NCBI GenBank assembly: GCA_963846885.1
Contig: CAWJXS010000009.1
Location: 1,559-65,558 of the forward strand
DNA from: an uncultured Gammaproteobacteria bacterium
GTDB lineage: Bacteria > Pseudomonadota > Gammaproteobacteria > Steroidobacterales > Steroidobacteraceae
Direction of reading: 5' to 3'
Length of the DNA stretch: 64,000 nt
In this document: one piece after another, positions 61,842 through 64,000 of the stretch
How positions within the stretch are numbered: position 1 is the stretch's first letter
How the letters are laid out: each line of letters opens with the position of its first letter
Program-made: the position numbers and the translations under genes
Notes under the pieces: model-generated
The model's input: the letters and a program-made list of their open reading frames with translations, nothing else
The model's database searches: none
Told to the model about the DNA's origin: nothing

Positions 61842-62681
61842 ATGACGGACGAAGCGAAGCCAGATGACAAGAAATTGGAATCCGCTCCTTGGACCCCGAA
61901 AGATTGGGTGCAGCAATGCAAGGGCACGTCTCTATCGATAGTTGTGCCGCCATACATCCGATTCTTGCAAGGAACTCTGATGCTAAGAAAAGCGCAGGGT
62001 TTCCTTTATGCAGCAGCATTTGTCAGCAAGCAGGGACTACATCAAGGGTTGGCTTCAACGTTTGCTGCATTAGATGACACAGACGACTCGCGTGCGCTCG
62101 GCCTGAATTTCGAAACGTACTTCGCTTCACAATTACTGATCAATCTCGTATCGGAAGTGGAGCATTTCATGGCAAGCGCGATCGGTGCAGCGCTGCAATA
62201 TCATCCAGAGAAGATGGGGAAAACGACGTTCACGCTAGCGGAGGTGATGGCAGCAGAATCGCCGAAGGAGCTGGTCAAGCATGCTGCGGCCTCGATGCTC
62301 AATGCCATCATGTACGAAAAGCCGAAGGACTATCTGAAGAGGTTTGCAGAGATAGTATCGATAGATGACCGTGCGTTGGAGAAGCGCTGGCCTCGGTTTG
62401 TTGAACTGAAGGCGCGTCGCGATTTGGGTGTTCACAACAACTGGATGGTGAATGAGATATACCTAAGAAAGCTGCGCGAAGTAGACCTGAATACTGATGT
62501 AAAGGTCGGCGACAGGATCGTCCCAGACTTCGCATATCTCACGGATTCATCGGCCTTCTGCGATGATTTGGTAGCGAAGCTGGCTGATCTATTGGGGCAA
62601 AAGTGGATACCTGGCCCCACCGAAGCAACTACATTAAATGCGCGCATGAGCCTGGCGACGCAGCCGCCCGCAGAGGGCTAA
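61842..62681 (+). CDS. hypothetical protein with an HEPN-type Rx4H motif (cassette gene B)
   Basis: ATG 61842 after GAGGGG; the ORF track begins at TTG 61821. KARRDLGVHNNW (nt 62418..62435). Helical composition. Confidence 0.6.
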   Translation: MTDEAKPDDKKLESAPWTPKDWVQQCKGTSLSIVVPPYIRFLQGTLMLRKAQGFLYAAAFVSKQGLHQGLASTFAALDDTDDSRALGLNFETYFASQLLINLVSEVEHFMASAIGAALQYHPEKMGKTTFTLAEVMAAESPKELVKHAAASMLNAIMYEKPKDYLKRFAEIVSIDDRALEKRWPRFVELKARRDLGVHNNWMVNEIYLRKLREVDLNTDVKVGDRIVPDFAYLTDSSAFCDDLVAKLADLLGQKWIPGPTEATTLNARMSLATQPPAEG

Positions 62682-62709
62682 TTGTGACTCCTCGAAAGCA
62701 GCCGGATTG

Positions 62710-63567
62710 CTAAGAGGGAAGGGCGGACAGCTGCCACGTGCCGAGACGGAAAGCTACCGACTCCCACCACTCTCCTGTTACCGCCGATCGCCAGCCGCCA
62801 CCTCGAGCTCGACGCACACGGTCCTCCGGCTCACAGCGTTCGCGCTGATACTTGGGAAGCATCCACCACGCGCGATAGGTGCGCCGCTCGCGATTCAACC
62901 CTCCGTGGCCGTGTAGTCGACAACCGCGCGGAAACGGGACAGCTGAGGTTGCGGTCTTGGTCGCGTACTTCACCAAGTAGCCAATTCCTTTGCGCGCCCA
63001 CTGCACGTTCGTGAAGCCATGCGGCCACCATCCTTGCTTGTCTGGCTTCGGCATCGTGATACCACGTGGAAGCCAAATAATGGCGTGATAGTGGACCCGG
63101 CCCGACTTGTGCTGCTCAGCAACCCACAGGTACCGGAATTGAACGCCGCGCCGCGCGACCCAATGCCGCATGCGCTTCAGGCACTCGGTAAGGTGTCGAG
63201 GTTGCCACTCGACGCCTGGACGATAAGTGAACGTCACGAACGCACGGGAAAGCCTACGGCCATCGTCCGCGCGCTCGTCCATGAGCACGTCACCAACGCA
63301 CGACAAGCTCTTGAACATGTGAAGGCCACGCCGACGCTGCTGCTCCTCGCGCAGCCATGCGTAACAACCTGCTGCGGTCGTGTCACTTGTTACTGATCTG
63401 ACAAGCCCAGCAGGCGAGGGTGCTAGCCGCCCCGCCGGGGCGTCTGGCAAGCCTCCGGCCTGCCGATCCGCATCCGGCGGCGATGCGACCTGCCCACCGT
63501 CTGCGGCCGCTCTGGGGGCATTGAAGCCCCCGCGGCCGCAGCCCGTGGACAGCTCGCCGAGCGTCAT
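62710..63567 (-). CDS. HUH-superfamily rolling-circle replication initiator (phiX174 gpA / filamentous-phage gpII type)
   Basis: Motif 1 FVTFTY, motif 2 HYHAIIW (HUH), motif 3 YLVKYATK (YxxKY). ATG 63567 overlaps the upstream gene's stop (ATGA). Confidence 0.85.
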   Translation of the reverse strand: MTLGELSTGCGRGGFNAPRAAADGGQVASPPDADRQAGGLPDAPAGRLAPSPAGLVRSVTSDTTAAGCYAWLREEQQRRRGLHMFKSLSCVGDVLMDERADDGRRLSRAFVTFTYRPGVEWQPRHLTECLKRMRHWVARRGVQFRYLWVAEQHKSGRVHYHAIIWLPRGITMPKPDKQGWWPHGFTNVQWARKGIGYLVKYATKTATSAVPFPRGCRLHGHGGLNRERRTYRAWWMLPKYQRERCEPEDRVRRARGGGWRSAVTGEWWESVAFRLGTWQLSALPS

Positions 63568-63923
63568 GCTGATTTGAGGATGCGCCAGTATTCGTCCGTG
63601 GCGCGGGGGTTGTCGTGACAAAGCTCGCGGGCGAGCTGGACGATCAGCCAGTGCGCGTCCAACTGGCCGCGGGTGAACTCTTTGCCCTCGGGGGTGGCTA
63701 GACGGTCTTTGATGACTGACCACTCGCGCCATTCGGGGCCGAGAACTCGGCCATCCCTGTGCAGTTCAAACAGGCGCAGAGCTTGCTTGGACGGCTTACG
63801 CGAGCCGGATTTGTAAAGGCAAGCGGTCTGGTGGCTGACGCAGCACCAGGCTTGGATCACTTCAACGGGATAGCCGTAGAAATGAAGTGGCGTCGGCTTT
63901 TTGGTTTTGTTGGCTCGGCGCAT
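63564..63923 (-). CDS. small phage-associated regulatory/DNA-binding protein (DUF3653-like)
   Basis: 119 aa, translationally coupled to Rep. The pattern W..W.....RL.TPEGKEF..G.L recalls a family found in filamentous and temperate phages. Assignment is from memory only. Confidence 0.5.
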   Translation of the reverse strand: MRRANKTKKPTPLHFYGYPVEVIQAWCCVSHQTACLYKSGSRKPSKQALRLFELHRDGRVLGPEWREWSVIKDRLATPEGKEFTRGQLDAHWLIVQLARELCHDNPRATDEYWRILKSA

Positions 63924-64000
63924 GGGCTGCGCAGACGAACGCGTGCCGTTGGCTCCATAGGGCCACGTAGAGGCGATTTGTCTGCATAGATGCTGACCGA

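Larger units (their letters stand above)
61089..64000. mobile_element. Xer-dependent integrated element (inovirus-like prophage or satellite), left end; continues beyond the window
   Basis: Bounded on the left by the dif-like site. Lower GC. Contains an HUH rolling-circle Rep and a small phage-type regulator. No integrase seen. Confidence 0.65.

Overview
High-GC (about two-thirds G+C by eye) chromosomal segment of a gammaproteobacterium. Synteny such as tmk-holB-pilZ and an xps-like T2SS suggests Xanthomonadales or Nevskiales; this is inference only. Nearly all of it is densely packed housekeeping genes. In order: rimP-nusA-infB-rbfA-truB-rpsO-pnp; a frameshifted serine hydrolase; an arsR-arsC-acr3 operon with an extra ATP-grasp-like gene; phaR, gluQ and an unusual dksA; smc-zipA-ligA, running into a binding-protein-less peptide-type ABC importer; a metal transporter and an aminotransferase; an AddB/AddA-like nuclease-helicase pair; a gspG-H-I-J-K-L-M-N type II secretion block on the minus strand, divergent from a rhombosortase-like gene; fabD-fabG-acpP-fabF-pabB-pabC-mltG-tmk-holB-pilZ; then a looser belt of accessory genes (two-cNMP/rhodanese protein, FadB-like enzyme, EEP-family protein, TIR-like protein, dehydrogenases, a frameshifted glycosyltransferase, GNAT, cupin). 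At about 61.09 kb the composition drops sharply, exactly at a dif-like site (GGTTCGCATAA-TGTATA-degenerate arm). From there to the window end lies part of a Xer-exploiting, filamentous-phage-like integrated element with an HUH rolling-circle Rep and a small phage regulator. Between the att junction and Rep it carries a low-GC two-gene cassette in which both proteins have an HEPN-type Rx4H motif. That cassette is my best candidate for an undescribed defence or toxin system. I saw no rRNA, tRNA, CRISPR array or IS element. Many long ORFs in the track are antisense or off-frame artefacts of high GC and were rejected. All functional calls come from reading the translated sequences; no database search was run.
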